Positions 1-14,520 of a DNA stretch of 64,000 nt are shown one piece after another. This DNA is from the human T2T-CHM13v2.0 reference genome, Homo sapiens: NCBI RefSeq assembly GCF_009914755.1, contig NC_060927.1; one strand, 5' to 3'. The notes beneath the pieces are model-generated. The model was not told the origin of the DNA. It was given only the letters and a program-made list of their open reading frames with translations, and searched no databases. Position 1 is the first letter of the stretch, and every line of letters begins with the position of its first letter. A program made the translations under genes and the position numbers.

Positions 1-973
1 GTGAACATATTATCTGAATTCTACTACCCACCTAAGGATTTTAATAAGGCTACATTGGTTACACCTGCTCATTTTCTAATGCTTCATAAAACACTCAGGC
101 AAGAACAGTTGCAAAGTACTTATTTTCAGCAATTCAGTTTTATCCACGTGAACATATATTCTTTAAAGAATATTTGGGTACTTCTTGCCATACAAAATAA
201 TTTTCCTATTTAGGAAATAGGACAATTTACCTAATTGTTTTATTAATTAATTATACCTATAGTCTGCCTTTTCAGACTAAAGGAGATGAAAACAAATATT
301 CTCTAGACAGTACTAGCTTCTGCTGGTTTCTGCCAGTGTTGTAGCCCTGTGACTTAGAGGAATCAGGACAATTCAATTACTGAGTTTGAATCAAGTCTTT
401 GAAAGTACAGTACAGTGGCTTCTGCTTATTGCAACCACTTTAGGAAACGGTTATTTGAGCCTAATAGCTGACTGATTCAATTAAAGGAGACAGGAAAACC
501 ATTTGCTAAGGCAAGCATTGTGCTTGTTATTCACTGCTATCATCTAAAGCGCATCTCTGAAATCACAACTTTGTAAGCCAATGGCTCTACATCTTTCCCC
601 TTCTCTGTCTATTTGGAGGCTGTGGCACAAATAGCCATTTTTGACTTACTTCATCGGGAATTCTCAGCCAGGATGTGGAGTGGGCATCTGAATTTGGGGT
701 GAAGTTACATGAGCAATTTGAACAGTACAAGATTCTAATACATCAAGACACACAGCCTTAGGGGGATTTTTGCTCCCAAACAGATGAAAATAACATCTAA
801 GGGGCCTATGCTTTGCGGGAAACAAACTAAGAAACAACAGCACATTATTATTCTGTGTACACCTAACAAAACGTGTAGAAAGCAATTAGAGACCTGCATC
901 AATTCTGGTTTCATCGTTAAACAAAACATGCAGAACTTGAATGAAGATTTAAAGAGTATCAGAAACCAAACAG

Positions 974-1425
<452 letters not shown>

Positions 1426-1699
1426 TTACCCATAAACTCTGAATATATATTTATATATCTTATAAGAATAACATTAATTTTTCCATCAGATCTTTTAATT
1501 TAACTTCAGAAATAATTACATAGATAAATTGAATCTTACATCAAAAAATAGACTATCATAGATGTCAGCCTGTAGTCTTTTAAAAAGTAAAAGAATGATT
1601 GCCTTTTGCAAATTCTAAAATGTATGCAGGAGTTTAAAAAAAGTGGAGGAATTAAAAGTGACATGATGTTCGGTATATTCTTAAGGTACAGCTAACAGC

Positions 1700-2720
1700 A
1701 TTCCTATTGCATTGGATGTGAGAGAAAATAGGCATGACAGAAAATTCCAAGGCTTCCTGGGCAATCTGAAATGGAAGAATGCAGGGAGGAGCAGTCGTAG
1801 AGGGGGAAAAAATTGCTAAATTTTGGATATGTTAAGTTTGATGTGCCAAGTGAAAATATTGAGCAGAAAGGCTGGAGTTCAAGGAAGGGATCCACACTAG
1901 AGATATGAATTTGGAAGTCACTGGCACATCAGTGATATTTAAAGCCATGAGACTGAATGATATTGCCAAGAGAATGAGGAGAGTAGTGCTGGGGCACACC
2001 AAGCTGAGAGGCTGAGAATATGAGGAGGAGGATACTGAGAAGGAATTACCAAAGAGGTAGAAAAAGAGCCAGAAATGAATGGTGTCATGGGATCCAAGTG
2101 AAGGAAGTATTTCAAAGAGGAATGAGTTATTGAGGAAGATGGGGACTGAGAACTGACCATTTGATTTAGCAACAAGAACGTCATTGATGTATTTGAAGGC
2201 ATAGATTTGGTGAAGTAATAGAGACAAAGGTTTAATTGGAATGGAAAAATGAGTGTATTCACCCTGAAACTAGGAAGTATAAATAACTCTTTCAAAGAAT
2301 TTTGTTATAAAAGTAAGCAGAGAGATGGAGCACTGGTCACAGTGAAAAATGAGATCAGCAAAACTTTTTTAAAGGCTTGTGTCCAGGGGAAGGAAAAATA
2401 GATGACACAGAAAAAGAAAGACAATCTTACTGAAATTATATCCTTGAGTAGAGAAGAGAGACTGGAGCATAGTGCACAGTTGGAATGATTGGATTTAGAT
2501 GGGAGTATGAACTGTTTATCTCTAGTACTGGAAGGAAATAGAGTCCCTGGGTCGAGATGTAGTCATACCATTTTGTTGAAGGTCTCTTCAGATAGCTTTT
2601 ATTTTCTCCATCATGTTGGAGATGTAATCAGCTAAAATCGAGGATGAAGAAGGAGAGGTTTGCAGTTTAGAAGAAAGGATAAGATACGGAATCATCTAGA
2701 AGACTGGGAAAATAAGTGAT
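1700..2720 (-). mobile_element. L2 LINE relic (RT region)
   Basis: Minus ORF 1832-2227 contains NDVLVAKSNGQFSV...LGSHDT, resembling L2 ORF2 RT; boundaries approximate. Confidence 0.85.
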
Positions 2721-2729
2721 CTAGGATTT

Positions 2730-3128
2730 TGCTGTACAATGTGGCAGCCATGAGCCACATATATCTATTGAACACTTGGAAATGTGACTTGAGCAACTGA
2801 GGAACTGATTTTTTAATTTAAGTTTAATTAATTTTGATTTTAAAATTGATACTCATTCTTCATTTTTAAAAAACTTTAGGAATGTTTGGAAAAGCTTCAG
2901 TGTGTAACTCTGGTTTTTTAATTGCAAATTTTATAAAATCTAAATACAGATCAAGCATTTTAAATGAAAATTTAGTATCCAAATTAAGAAGTGCTACATG
3001 TGTAAAATACACACCAGATTAACATTTACATTATATGTTGAAATGATAATATTTAAATATATCATATTAAGTTAACATTGATTTTAATTTTACCTTTTTC
3101 TGTTTTTAATGTGCTTGCTAGAAAATTG
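2730..3128. mobile_element. hAT-Charlie element (Charlie1/MER33-like)
   Basis: gctgtacaatgtggcagccatgagccacat...gaggaactgatttt end and tgttgaaatgataatatt interior; interrupts L2. Confidence 0.7.
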
Positions 3129-3214
3129 ACAGGATCAATGGATTCCTGGATTTGGTGGAGCTAAAGGATTATTGGAGACATCCTACTAGAATAAGAGATA
3201 AAGACAAAATGTGA

Positions 3215-3520
<306 letters not shown>

Positions 3521-4380
3521 GATGTGGTTGTTGAAGAGTAGGCTTCTTGAAATTGAGGTTATGGAGGCAAAGCAGTTTGGTAATGACAAGGTCCAGAGTA
3601 TAACCATGGAAGTGAATGACTAATATAAGGCAGAAAAGAAGAGGAGTTAAAAGAACTGTAATTAAACAGGAATGTTATTACACAGATTATAATGTCAATA
3701 TGAATTAAGGGGACATTAATTCGTATTAATGTTCACATTCAGGACAAGATGAAGGCAAAACCCAAAATACCTGAGGTTATTTACTCTTAGGGACTGTATT
3801 CCTGGAGGGAGGAACTGTATTCAGTTCCTGAAGGGAGGGACTGTAGTCAGAAACAAAGTCTTCAAGAAATGAGGGGTGGTGACTTGGAGTATTGATAGGT
3901 GACTATTACAGAGAGGGTGGTGACTGGAAATCTGGTGCCTTGAGGTTCAAAGTAGTGTGTTTTAAGATAGGATGTGGGAAATACCTCTCCCAGCCTAGTG
4001 TATATGGCATATAGGACTAAAGAAAACAGCCATGACATGAAAATTGTGCAGAGGAAGATGTGTTCTCAAAGAAAACTTCATTTTTGGTTAACAGTAAGTT
4101 GAACAAAACTTTAGGGAAAAGATTGATGATGGGCCATGAGGTTCAGAGGGTGCAGTTGGAAGGCTCTCAGTTTTGAAGACTACAAAGTAGAAGTTGAGGA
4201 TGGACCCAGAAGACGAGCGCTTCCTGTGGTGAATGACAGAGCAGGGATAAAGGGCCAATAAGATCTGTTCCTGCTATTCTTAATGCATATTGTGGAGGCA
4301 AGGCTGTGAATATTAAGGGTATCTGAAGCCCTTCTTCACCCCTGCTGTGAAAGCAGAGAATCCTAGAAAGGTGATTTAAT
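3521..4380 (-). mobile_element. L2 relic continuation, interrupted near 3700-3850
   Basis: Purine-rich L2-antisense-type sequence continuing the upstream L2; boundaries approximate. Confidence 0.55.
3732..3791. repeat. 60-bp inverted repeat arm (partner 5395-5454)
   Basis: 58/60 identity to the reverse complement of 5395-5454. Confidence 0.97.
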
Positions 4381-4434
4381 TATAACTTTATTAGCCTCTT
4401 GACCTGAAAGTTTAGAATCTAAATCTAGAGAGGT

Positions 4435-4960
4435 AAAGTCTTCTGTATGATTGTGTTTTTGTAATTTCTGTCAGAACTCTAATAGTTTTGCTTTATATAT
4501 TTTGATATTGGCTATTTGATATACAAAAATTATGATTATTACTTTTATATGAATAATACAAGCCCTGATTTCACTTTTGTTTTGATTGTCCTGAAATAGT
4601 TTTATATGTGTTTGTATATTTATGCTGCATGAGTCATGTTGTTCTAGATATATGTCTTACAAATAACATAATTAAGTCAGTGTGTACCTTTGTGTGTGCA
4701 TGAGACCCAATCTGAAACTCTATCTTTTAATAAAGATTTCAACCCATCTCTATTTATTGTGATAACTATATGCTTAGTGTTATTTCTGCCATCTTAGTTT
4801 TCCAAATTCTTGTTTTTATGTTCCTGGTTTTGTTATATTAGTCAAAATAATTCTGCTTGTTTATTATTTATTAGTGATTCTTAAGTTATACATTGCAATT
4901 TTTCTACTAATGATTTCCTTCCAATTGCTCTTTAGATGAATTTTTGATCTCTACCCACTC
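4435..4960 (-). mobile_element. Old L1 (L1M/L1ME) fragment
   Basis: T-rich antisense L1-type sequence (ttttgctttatatattttga..., caatctgaaactct). Confidence 0.6.
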
Positions 4961-5394
4961 TGAGAATGGAATTTGCCCAGGTTTTACTTCTCTTTCCCCA
5001 TAGTTGCTAAGAGTTTAGCAAATAATCTGGAATCTATTCAATCTCTTTCCTCATTTCAGTGGGAACTTGGAACCCAGAGGGCGTCCCCACACACAGTCAG
5101 GTAGTTTCCCTCAGCTGGAAGATAATCATGGAAAATTATGAGTAGCATTTGAAGTGTGTGGGTTCCTCCAAAGTGCCTAAACTGATAAATCTCTATTTAT
5201 AATATGTGAAGTACATTCTGTGGTACTGCTAGGCATGAAAACAAGGTTGCAGGAAGCTGTTTAAAAGCATCTTTAAATATCTCATGCCTGATTAATGTAC
5301 TATAATATGGCACATGCTTAATGAAAGAATCATTAACGGGAATATAATTAGATGTTTAATTCAGTCCCTAGTCAATCGTTTGTTTTTAAATACA

Positions 5395-5454
5395 CCTAAG
5401 AGTAAACAACCTCAGATATTTTGGGTTTTGCCTTCATCTTGTCCTGAATGTGAA
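5395..5454. repeat. 60-bp inverted repeat arm (partner 3732-3791)
   Basis: Reverse complement matches 3732-3791 at 58/60. Confidence 0.97.
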
Positions 5455-6699
5455 TAAATGGAAACCTGTGGCATGTACATAGCAGGATCAGACACTTCAA
5501 TATACCAAAATACATTTCCCGGAAAAATTCTTCCCTGGGACACCCTAGAAAGGGTTTTGAATTTAAATTGTTCAGTATTACACTCTTGGTGATTCACAAA
5601 GACACATTAACTTATTAAAGGTTCTCAGAAGATCCAGCATGAAGAAACCTGTTTAACCCTTTGTGACCCAAAGTGATTTGACCAGGCAACCTTTTGCTTG
5701 CCTTACATGGGCAATTTATTTTCAGTGGAACATATTTTGGGAAATGCTGCTACACGGTGTTCTGTTGTAAAATAGTTAAAGGAATCACTTTCCCATCTTT
5801 AGAGTTACATTTTATTACAGGGCTCCCAAAGTACTTCTTATGTCTTTGAGGTCTTATAGAGTTTTAATGAAAATCTCTGTCAATTTTGACTTTGATTTCC
5901 CTTTCCTTCTATCCTGCTCAGATCTGCAAACAACTCAAATACAAACGTAGTGGTAGGAATGGACTGAGAAATTGGAGCCACAGCATGTGTGCTCAGAATC
6001 ACTCTTCTTCTCTGATAGCTAAGGATTTGGTAACATGCCAGGCTCCTAATGTTCATTCTCTCATGGCTTACTATGCTCTCTCTGAGAGATTCCCATGTAG
6101 AAACACACTTTCATCAGGCCCAGCCCACAAGCATGCCACCAGCCATTGCTGATGTTATTTAGGACCTCACTACAAGTGTGTACATGACTGTCTCTCTGAT
6201 TAGACTCTCAGTTCCTTGAGGGAGACATCTAATGTCACTTTTATTTGTATTTCTCTACTATTTGCAATATAGATACTCAAGTGTGACTAAATGAATGAAT
6301 CACTCAACAAATGTGAAAAGTGAAAAACAGTTGAGTTTGCCAACCTCTCAGTAATTTCAGATTTAGACATTTGACATAAAAATGGCAAGACATGACTTTT
6401 ACTGTATTGTCATGGTTTCTTTACATATCAGTGTCCCTTTGTCTAAGACCAAACTAATGGCAGAGATCATATCCCCAGTGTCAAACCCAGCTTGTGGCAC
6501 AAACATTTTTTAAATAAATGAATGAAGAACAAATGAATGTTGGGACTTGGAAATTCTCTCTTTGCCATTCAAATATTTAGCACACAAGGTGTTTAAATGA
6601 AAGTGGACATGAAATTAAAAGTACTTTTTACAAAAGTGAACAAGTAAAAAGTCTTTGTACTTTCATGAGTTTCACTTTTGTAATGAAAATCTATCAAGC

Positions 6700-7440
6700 A
6701 GTTTTTATAACTGCTCTATCACACACAAGCATAGGAAAATATACAAAATTAACATCAGGGTTAACAAAAGGCAAATAAGTAAAGACAAAAATGATAAGAC
6801 ATTAGATTTTTGGAACAATAAGAAAAAAGCAAGTAGTCAAATAGTGAAAAATAGGAAGAGGAATTTACAGAAGAGGAAATACAAATGACAATAAATATAT
6901 GAAAACTGTTCAAACCTGCTAGTAATCAGAAAAATGCAAACTAAAACAAAACTGTGTTTTCAATCATCAAACTGGCAGAAATTAAAAAGATTTATAATAT
7001 CCAGAGCTGGCAGGGATAAATGGAAATAAGCACTTTCATACACTGTTGGTAAGAATATAAATTGATAAACCTGTTTTGAAGAACACCTGGCAGTATCTCA
7101 AATTTTCAATTTGCAACTTTTAGCCAACAAGGACTCTCTTCTACAGAAATACTTTCACATGAGAATAAAGACTTATGTACCAGATATTGATAGAAGCATT
7201 ATTTATGATAGAGAAAAATCGAAAGGAAATTAAATATCTTCCTATCAGGAATATTAAATTCATTATTATACATTCATAGCATGGATACTATGCAGCCATT
7301 AAGGACAGTGCAGGCTTCAGTGGGATGACTTTAAAAGATCTCCCAAACATATTATTTAATGAAAAAATTAAAAGCATATTGGAAATTAAAAATTTGAGAA
7401 TAATACCACTTATATAAATGTATGTATGTTTATTGAATAA
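6700..7440 (+). mobile_element. L1ME 3' region
   Basis: tacagaagaggaaatacaaatg...atcagaaaaatgcaaactaaaac...catacactgttggt, typical old L1 ORF2 end/3'UTR. Confidence 0.8.
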
Positions 7441-10059
7441 ACGAATCTGTGACTTAGAAAGGCTCTTTAAGCTACCAAAATATGTGGTGCATTGATCCTT
7501 TTTTAATAAAATACTTCATTATAAATGAAGAAATGGTACCTTAAAAAGGCAGCATTACATATCCTGAAGCATGATATGCTGAAGCTGGCATGATACTCAC
7601 TAAACTCAACAGTTCCTACTGATTGGGAGAGGGATGAAGGGGAGCTAACATGTTTTACTCTACTTAGTTCTGTATAATCTGAATCTGTTAACAAAAATAT
7701 ATTACATATGTAATTTTAGAAAGATATCTGCTACTAGTAACCAGAAGGCTTCTTATAGCCATTATATAAGCCTGCTCAGCTTAATATTTATATGCCAAGC
7801 TGAAAGTTTATAACTGATTAAAGAGATATAAGCAGCATCACACAGTGACTTTTAGAAGCTAAAAGCAGCCAAATTGTTCCTTAAGAATGGAAAGCCCATC
7901 TAATTAAGTAATTAAAATTAATTAAGTCTACTTCTTTCCCTCTTGCCTAGTCTGTGGCTTGGATCACCTGTTAAGCTATGAGGCAGTACCCAAACTTCAT
8001 GTAAAACTCTGATCATCAGTGGAAAGTGAATGATGTGATGAAAACCATCATGTCTTTAAACAGGTTGAAGATGAGTAGAGAACTCTGATCCCTCAATAGA
8101 TCATTTTTCAAATCACCCTTGGAAGCTAAAAATGAAATGATTTAAATGAAGTAAATAATTCCTAGAGATTAATAAGGATATCTAGAATTGTTAGTATTGA
8201 CAACCCACCTGAAACATTCCTTTTTTTCTATATATAATTGACCCTTCTACCTATTGACGTAAAGAACAGACCAATATCTATCAGGCCATACAATTTTACA
8301 ATGCTGAGCAAGTCATGTCTCAATTTCCTCCATAGACTATGATCCCTCATTGCTCATCTTGAAAATCCTTTTGCAGAAGTAATGATCTCCCTATTACATT
8401 GTGGTTGAATCATTTGTGCTCAATTGAGGGTGCGTTTAGTTCAAGCAATACATTTTCCAGCAGTGTGAACACTAACACAGAAGCCCACCGTGCACAGTAT
8501 ATATGTCACATGGCTATTTTTCCAGTGAAGGGCACTGAAAAACTAGCTAAGAGCTTATTTTCCTCTTGATCTGTCATCTGTATACTCTATGGACAACTTG
8601 TCTGTCACTATTCAATTGTTCAAAACAAAATTCATTCTCCCGTATTAGACTACAAGAATTGATAAACAGAGAGATGACCCATCTAGTTACAGCTGAAATG
8701 TAACAAATGTCAGTAATTTGCTGTAACCTGACTACAGCTTAATAACAAATACCAGCTACAACGAAAACCTTCCTATTTTGAGTTCATTCTAAGATTTACA
8801 GAAAATTTTATAATGCTTTATTAGATATCATTTTTATTGTATGTACCTGCATTTGTCAGTCAGAAACCTCTAGAAAACTTTGTTTCTCCTTTGAGAATAA
8901 AAAGAGGTCTTAAAATGCTTTTGAATTATAATTTTTAATTAAGCTAAATTCTTCTAATTTCAGATAACTCAGATTTCATTGGCTTCATGCTCCTGTGAAT
9001 ATGTATAATTTTAATTGAATTACAGTGATATTTTAGTTTCCTGACCATTATATTAAAAAAGAGTTGTCTTTTCTGTAGTTGTCTGCCTTATATCATTACA
9101 CATCCTCTTATATATGCAGTACCACTCATTTAACAAAAATAGTTTCTAGTAATAACTGTTAATTGGGAAAAATTACAGAAAATAAACAGCATAATAACCC
9201 CTTATACATTAGTACAGATGTAGTAACTATAAAAAGGATAATCAAATCACCCTCTGAGGTATTCAATTGCTTTTCATATTTGGAATAGAATTAAAGTAAC
9301 GAAAAATGAAACCTTACAATTTTACAGAGAGGAGAGTGGCTGGCAAAAATAAGCTTGTCATGGTTTAATTTGAAGTTTTCTAGCTTACTAAAAATTTTCT
9401 TTTTGAATTTTAAATTCCCTGAAGCATGGCAAGTCTTGGGGCAGGGTGGCTTGAGGGTTGATAAATTCGGCTGCTCACCAACCCCACACAAGGCCCACGT
9501 ACTTCTTTCTATATTTCTCCTTTGCCCTTCTGTATTCGGTTTAGCTCTCTTTCTGGCTGCAAGATGACCGTTGCATTTCTAGTCATCTCACCCAGACTTA
9601 ACATTTCCAGAGGAAGAAAAGGAATTGTTCATTAAGCTGTCCCAGAAGCACCCCAGCTGACTTCTCATGCTGCATTAGCTGAAGCCCATTCCTAAATCAA
9701 TCATAGGCAAAGAGAATGGGATTACCACAAAGGATTTTGTGAATATGGCTGTATGGAATAGGGTGATTACTCAACACACTTAGGTGCTGCTTGAAAAGAA
9801 GAAATAATAGGTGAATGTTCATTAGATGGATATTAAACAGTAACTGCTACTCCCTTTAGGTACTGCTTGTTATATACATGTCTACCTCCCCATGAAAATA
9901 TATGTTCACTGAGAATGGATGCTACTTTATATCCACATTAGTATGTGCTTAATTCTTTTTCGTACTCAGCACGTTTCATATTTAGCAAATATTTTTCAAT
10001 TAATGAATGGGTAAATTAATGAATATAAGAATAAATAATCATAAGAAAAGAAGCAAATT

Positions 10060-11050
10060 TACAGTGAAGTTAACAAAGCTTAAGATTTAAAGGCCTTTGG
10101 AAAGACCTAGGAAAAGCTTTAGAAATGTGTTCATATGATAATCTACTGTTAAAAATTTTACAAAAATAAGACATTTTAACTACAACTGGCTAAATTTGCT
10201 GACTCTATGCTGATTGACTTACCCTCCACCACATTTCTGTAAGTGTCGAAGTGACCATTTTGGAAATTCAGTGATCAGAAAGCTGAGCTAGAGATACATT
10301 TATTTGGAATTCAGTGGGACATTTTTGTGTATTTCTCAGTCACTTCCACGTCTAATAATGTTATCGCTACCACTTGGTATAGGAAGGGTTTCCAGAAACA
10401 CCCATCTGCCCTCCATGCTGAATCACTGCAAAGCGATTTTTAAGAAAGGTGCAGAGCCAGAGGTGTTGTGTTTGAGCATGCCATAGAGTACCTAGCCCTT
10501 AAAGAATGTTAATAGTGAAAGAGAAAGATTGAAAGGGAGGGAATCAGAAACCAGTCTGTACAAAATTCTTTCAATCATCAGATACGTAAAATTGTAAGCA
10601 GAGGATTCAGTTCATTACAGATCCAGTCAAAACAGAAGATCTCTCCTGTGAAAAATATTTTTGATAATGTGATAATACAGCGTGTACAATTTTAAAAACC
10701 CCATACCTTTGTTGTCACCTTTAACGGGTATTGCACGAAACTAGGTGTTGTATGAAATGGAATTTCTCAGAATTCCTCTATGTGTAGGACACAAATCTAT
10801 AACAATAGTGCTATAGTAAGTTTGCCTATGACAGCTGATAAAGAAATTTGATAGGTTTTCCCAAATTTAGCAACCACAAGAAAAATTTATATGATGTCAC
10901 TCATAAAAAGTTATAAAACAGAAATAAATTTGTCTAGACTACTATTAATAAACCAAATTTTGACTAACAATTTTGTTATAGAAAATGATATTATAAAACT
11001 GTTGTCAAATGAACAGGTGAGCAAACTGTATGCATCCAAAAATGTAGTCT
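10060..11050 (+). mobile_element. hAT-Tip100 (Zaphod/MER115-like) transposon relic
   Basis: ttcccaaattt...atagaaaatgatatt...tatgcatccaaaaatgtag; ORF 10891-11094 resembles a decayed hAT dimerisation domain (IENDI). Confidence 0.7.
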
Positions 11051-11164
11051 CAGTGCAAGAACCTAAGATAAGAATAAGAGTTAATTCCTGTTGAATGCTT
11101 TCTAAAGACTTTGCATTTATTTATTTCTTTAAATGCATTTATCACAACTCCATGAAGAAGTCAC

Positions 11165-11562
11165 TGTATCAGCAGGATGAGCTAGATTACACTACAGTGT
11201 CATATAACCTCCCAAACCTTAGTCACTATATTTGTAAAGGTTTATTTCTTGCTCATTCTTCAGATCTTGTAGCTAGAAATTGTGCTGTACATGGACATAA
11301 TGTAGAGACTTAGTATGACAGAGGCCTCCACCATCTGAAATATCTCCAGTCACTGTAACAGGAGGAAAGTGAATGACAAATAGCACACTGACTCTTAAAA
11401 ACTTTGACTGGAAGTGACACCCATCATTTTCACCTATATTTTGTCGACCAACACAAGTCACATGGCCATGCCTAACTTCAAAGTAGTGGACAAAAACAAT
11501 CCCTCCATTTACTCAGAAAGAGAAGAACATATATTTGTAAACGGCGAACGATGATTACTACA
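11165..11562 (-). mobile_element. Old MaLR LTR (MLT1K/L-like)
   Basis: TG...CA termini; gaagtgacac and aagtcacatggccatgcctaacttcaa motifs. Confidence 0.7.
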
Positions 11563-13459
11563 GGTACTTTTAACACATGGTAATATATAGGAGAACTGAA
11601 CCATGGAGAAAACCAAGTAACTAGCCAAAGATTACACAATAATCAAATGCAAATCTAAGATTCATATCTAGGATCAAGTCCACATCTTACTATTATTCTA
11701 CCTCCTTTGATGTAAATTTTTTGGTAAATCTCTGAGCCCTGGAATGGCAAATGGCATTACACTAAGCATTATATTCTTGGTGAGAAATTATGATGAGTAA
11801 CTCAAGCAAGATCTGTACATCTTCTAGTTTAGTGAACAATATAGCTTAAACTCTCATTCATTATATTCATTCATCAAACATTTCTAAAGCACATTTAGAA
11901 ATTATAAATGAATATAACTATTCATTTGTGATGCATTATTACATCAATTTCATGGAGAAAGATAAGAGAAAGGAACTCTCTAATACTAACTGGAGTTAGG
12001 AATTATCTGGAGATTAAAGGGTCAGCTATTGGACATCTAGAAGCTAGAATGACTCACTGCAAATGATCAATAGTCTGCCTTTCCTTCCTTCCTTCTCTCC
12101 CTCTTCCCATACTTCTTCCCATCTTCTCTTTCACAAAAATTTATTGCATTCCTGGTAGATGGCAGGTATTAAGAATTGGAGAGATAAACAGAAATAAGAT
12201 CTATCCCTAGGGAACTCACAATCACAGCAGTAAATCAGATGCATAAATGCAATATAAGAGTCAATGAGACACTCTCAAAACCTTGTGAAATTCAAACTCT
12301 ACATATATGCCTGATTTTATAGTGCAGGACCAGACTGTAATTTGCCAAGATATGTTTATTACAGTTCTCAGCCTGTGAATTTATTAACATCTTCTCTACT
12401 GCATAACACCTTTTGGTTTCATTCACTGGTATGTTTACAGCTGACATGCACTATCTTTCCTGGCTTTTGTGCCCACATTTGTTTACACTGACACATGGTA
12501 CTATAGCTTGATGCCTAGATAAGACTTCAAGTGTTTTTGCTGAAATCGCTCAGAATTATTGTAAAGAGATGCATTTATAACCATCAGGGAACACTGAATC
12601 TTGGAGTCTGTGTTCTTTGGCATCTGTTAGTAAATATCTTACTACCCTCACCAGCTTTAGGGTATACATTGTTTACCAGTGGCACAGCAAAAAATATCTC
12701 CCATATTTTGTGGGGGGAAATTCTTTCTGGCTCTCACAGTTCTGAGAGTTGTTTACAGCCAGCTGGTAGAAAGTCTTACTTGCACTTCACCTGCAATGAT
12801 TTGTGTGTCAGGCTTTTTGTCTCTTATGGTGCATGAAGAGGACAAATGAAAGTCCTTTCCCCTGCAATATCTTTCCTGCTCATGAAAGTTACTTTTCCAA
12901 ACTTTAATTACTGGCATGATAGCCTATCTTCATTCTCAGTGTCAGAAGTCTTATTTTGGTTTCTTTTCCAATTACATCTTTTTCGAGTGCTTTATATATT
13001 TTAGTCTGCCGTAGATCCTTCACTATAAAAAAAACAAAGATAACATTTGTGCTATGTTACAGCAACTGTCTAGAGTCTATTTTATCTCAATCTGTGTCTT
13101 CAGTTTTTTCTATAGAAGTACAAGTAGTTATATATTTTTTAACATACTATTGGACATCATGGCTATAATGTCATATTAAAAATGCTAGCATTTTGCAAGA
13201 AGTTCAAACTGGAAGCAAGGTGTTTTTTTTCATTGGAAATTGTCAGAGATCGTAACGCGATGAAATATAATAAGCATAGTCTCTATTTCAGAATGAGACG
13301 CTGAGGAGTTATGACAAAAGATCAAGGATCAATTAAGTTATTTTTATACTGTATTTTCCTTTCTGGGCATGAAGTACAACTTTCCACATAGTTTCTTTTC
13401 CAACAGATGCTATATAATTTTGTTGAAATGATTAATGTAAACAAAACAGATAATTTGTT

Positions 13460-13906
13460 AAAGCTATTGGTGTGATAATGCTGCATAACAGGCCACCTCC
13501 CAAAATCCTCAGAGGCTGAAAATACAAAACCTTTACTTCTCATGTGTGAGTCTGCAGGTCCACTGTGGCAGCTCTACTTAAAATGTCACTTAGGTTCAGG
13601 TTTGCTCCACATTTCTCATCCTGGGACCCAGGTTGCAGGAGCAGCAGGTATCTGGAGCATGCCTGTCTGGAGGTACAGGGCAAGAATGCCAGAGTGATTA
13701 GCCAAACAATGCAAGCACGTTAAAGCCCTGGTTGGAAGTGACACATGTTGCTTCCCTTACATTCCATTGGCCAACCAAGTCTCCTGCCAAGCTCAAAGTC
13801 AGTGAGGCGGGGAAATATGCTTCATTCCCAGGCAGCAATGGCCAAGTCAGGGAAGAAAGGTAGATAGTATTATTGTGTATTATTGTGTATAATACAACCT
13901 ACCATA
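13460..13906 (-). mobile_element. Old MaLR LTR (MLT1J/K-like)
   Basis: aatgctgcataaca, gaagtgacaca and cattccattggcca motifs. Confidence 0.65.
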
Positions 13907-14189
13907 ATATCAGTTATGACTCTGTCTTCCCTGATATGATCATTGCCAGTGGAAATTTCTGATTGTGTCTTTCAATGTATGTCCAGAAAACTACATTTAT
14001 TTCTTCGAGTATATTTCTTCTGTTATTTGGTATGTAATTTTCTACTTCTGCTAGTCTTTCATGCCTTCAACCTAGATCAAAGAATAGTATGTGTTTCTAC
14101 CACAGTTTAATAGAATTGATATAAAACTACCCAGTAATATGATTCTTTCTAAATGAGATTATCACTTTTGTTAAAAGTAACATGTACTT

Positions 14190-14520
14190 GTTCATGTCCT
14201 TTGTAGGGACATGGATGAAGCTAGAAGCCATCATTCTAAGCAAACTATCGCAGAAAACCAAACACCGCATGTTCTCACTCATAGGTGGGAACTGAACAAT
14301 GAGAACACATGGACACAGGATGGGGAACATCACACACTGGGGCCTGTCATGGGGTGGGGGGAGGGGGGAGGGATAGCATTAGGAGATATACCTAATGTAA
14401 ATGATGAGTTAACAGGTGTAGCACACCAACATGGCACATGTATACATATGTAACAAACTGCACCTTGTGCACATGTACCCTAGAACTTAAAGTATAATAA
14501 AAAAAAAAAGAACTAGAAAA
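14190..14520 (+). mobile_element. 5'-truncated L1PA 3' end (L1PA4/5-like)
   Basis: Primate L1 3'UTR with G-rich tract and A tail; TSD AAAAGTAAC(AT)GTACTT at 14173-14189 and 14521-14535. Confidence 0.95.

Noticed and set aside
1-160. gtgaacatat repeated at 1 and 148
   Set aside because: Only 10 nt; expected by chance.
1832-2227. 131-aa minus-strand ORF (and 63460-63765)
   Set aside because: Decayed L2 reverse-transcriptase fragments.
10891-11094. ORF resembling a hAT dimerisation domain, as a domesticated transposase
   Set aside because: Short, internally deleted and degenerate; part of a Zaphod-like relic.
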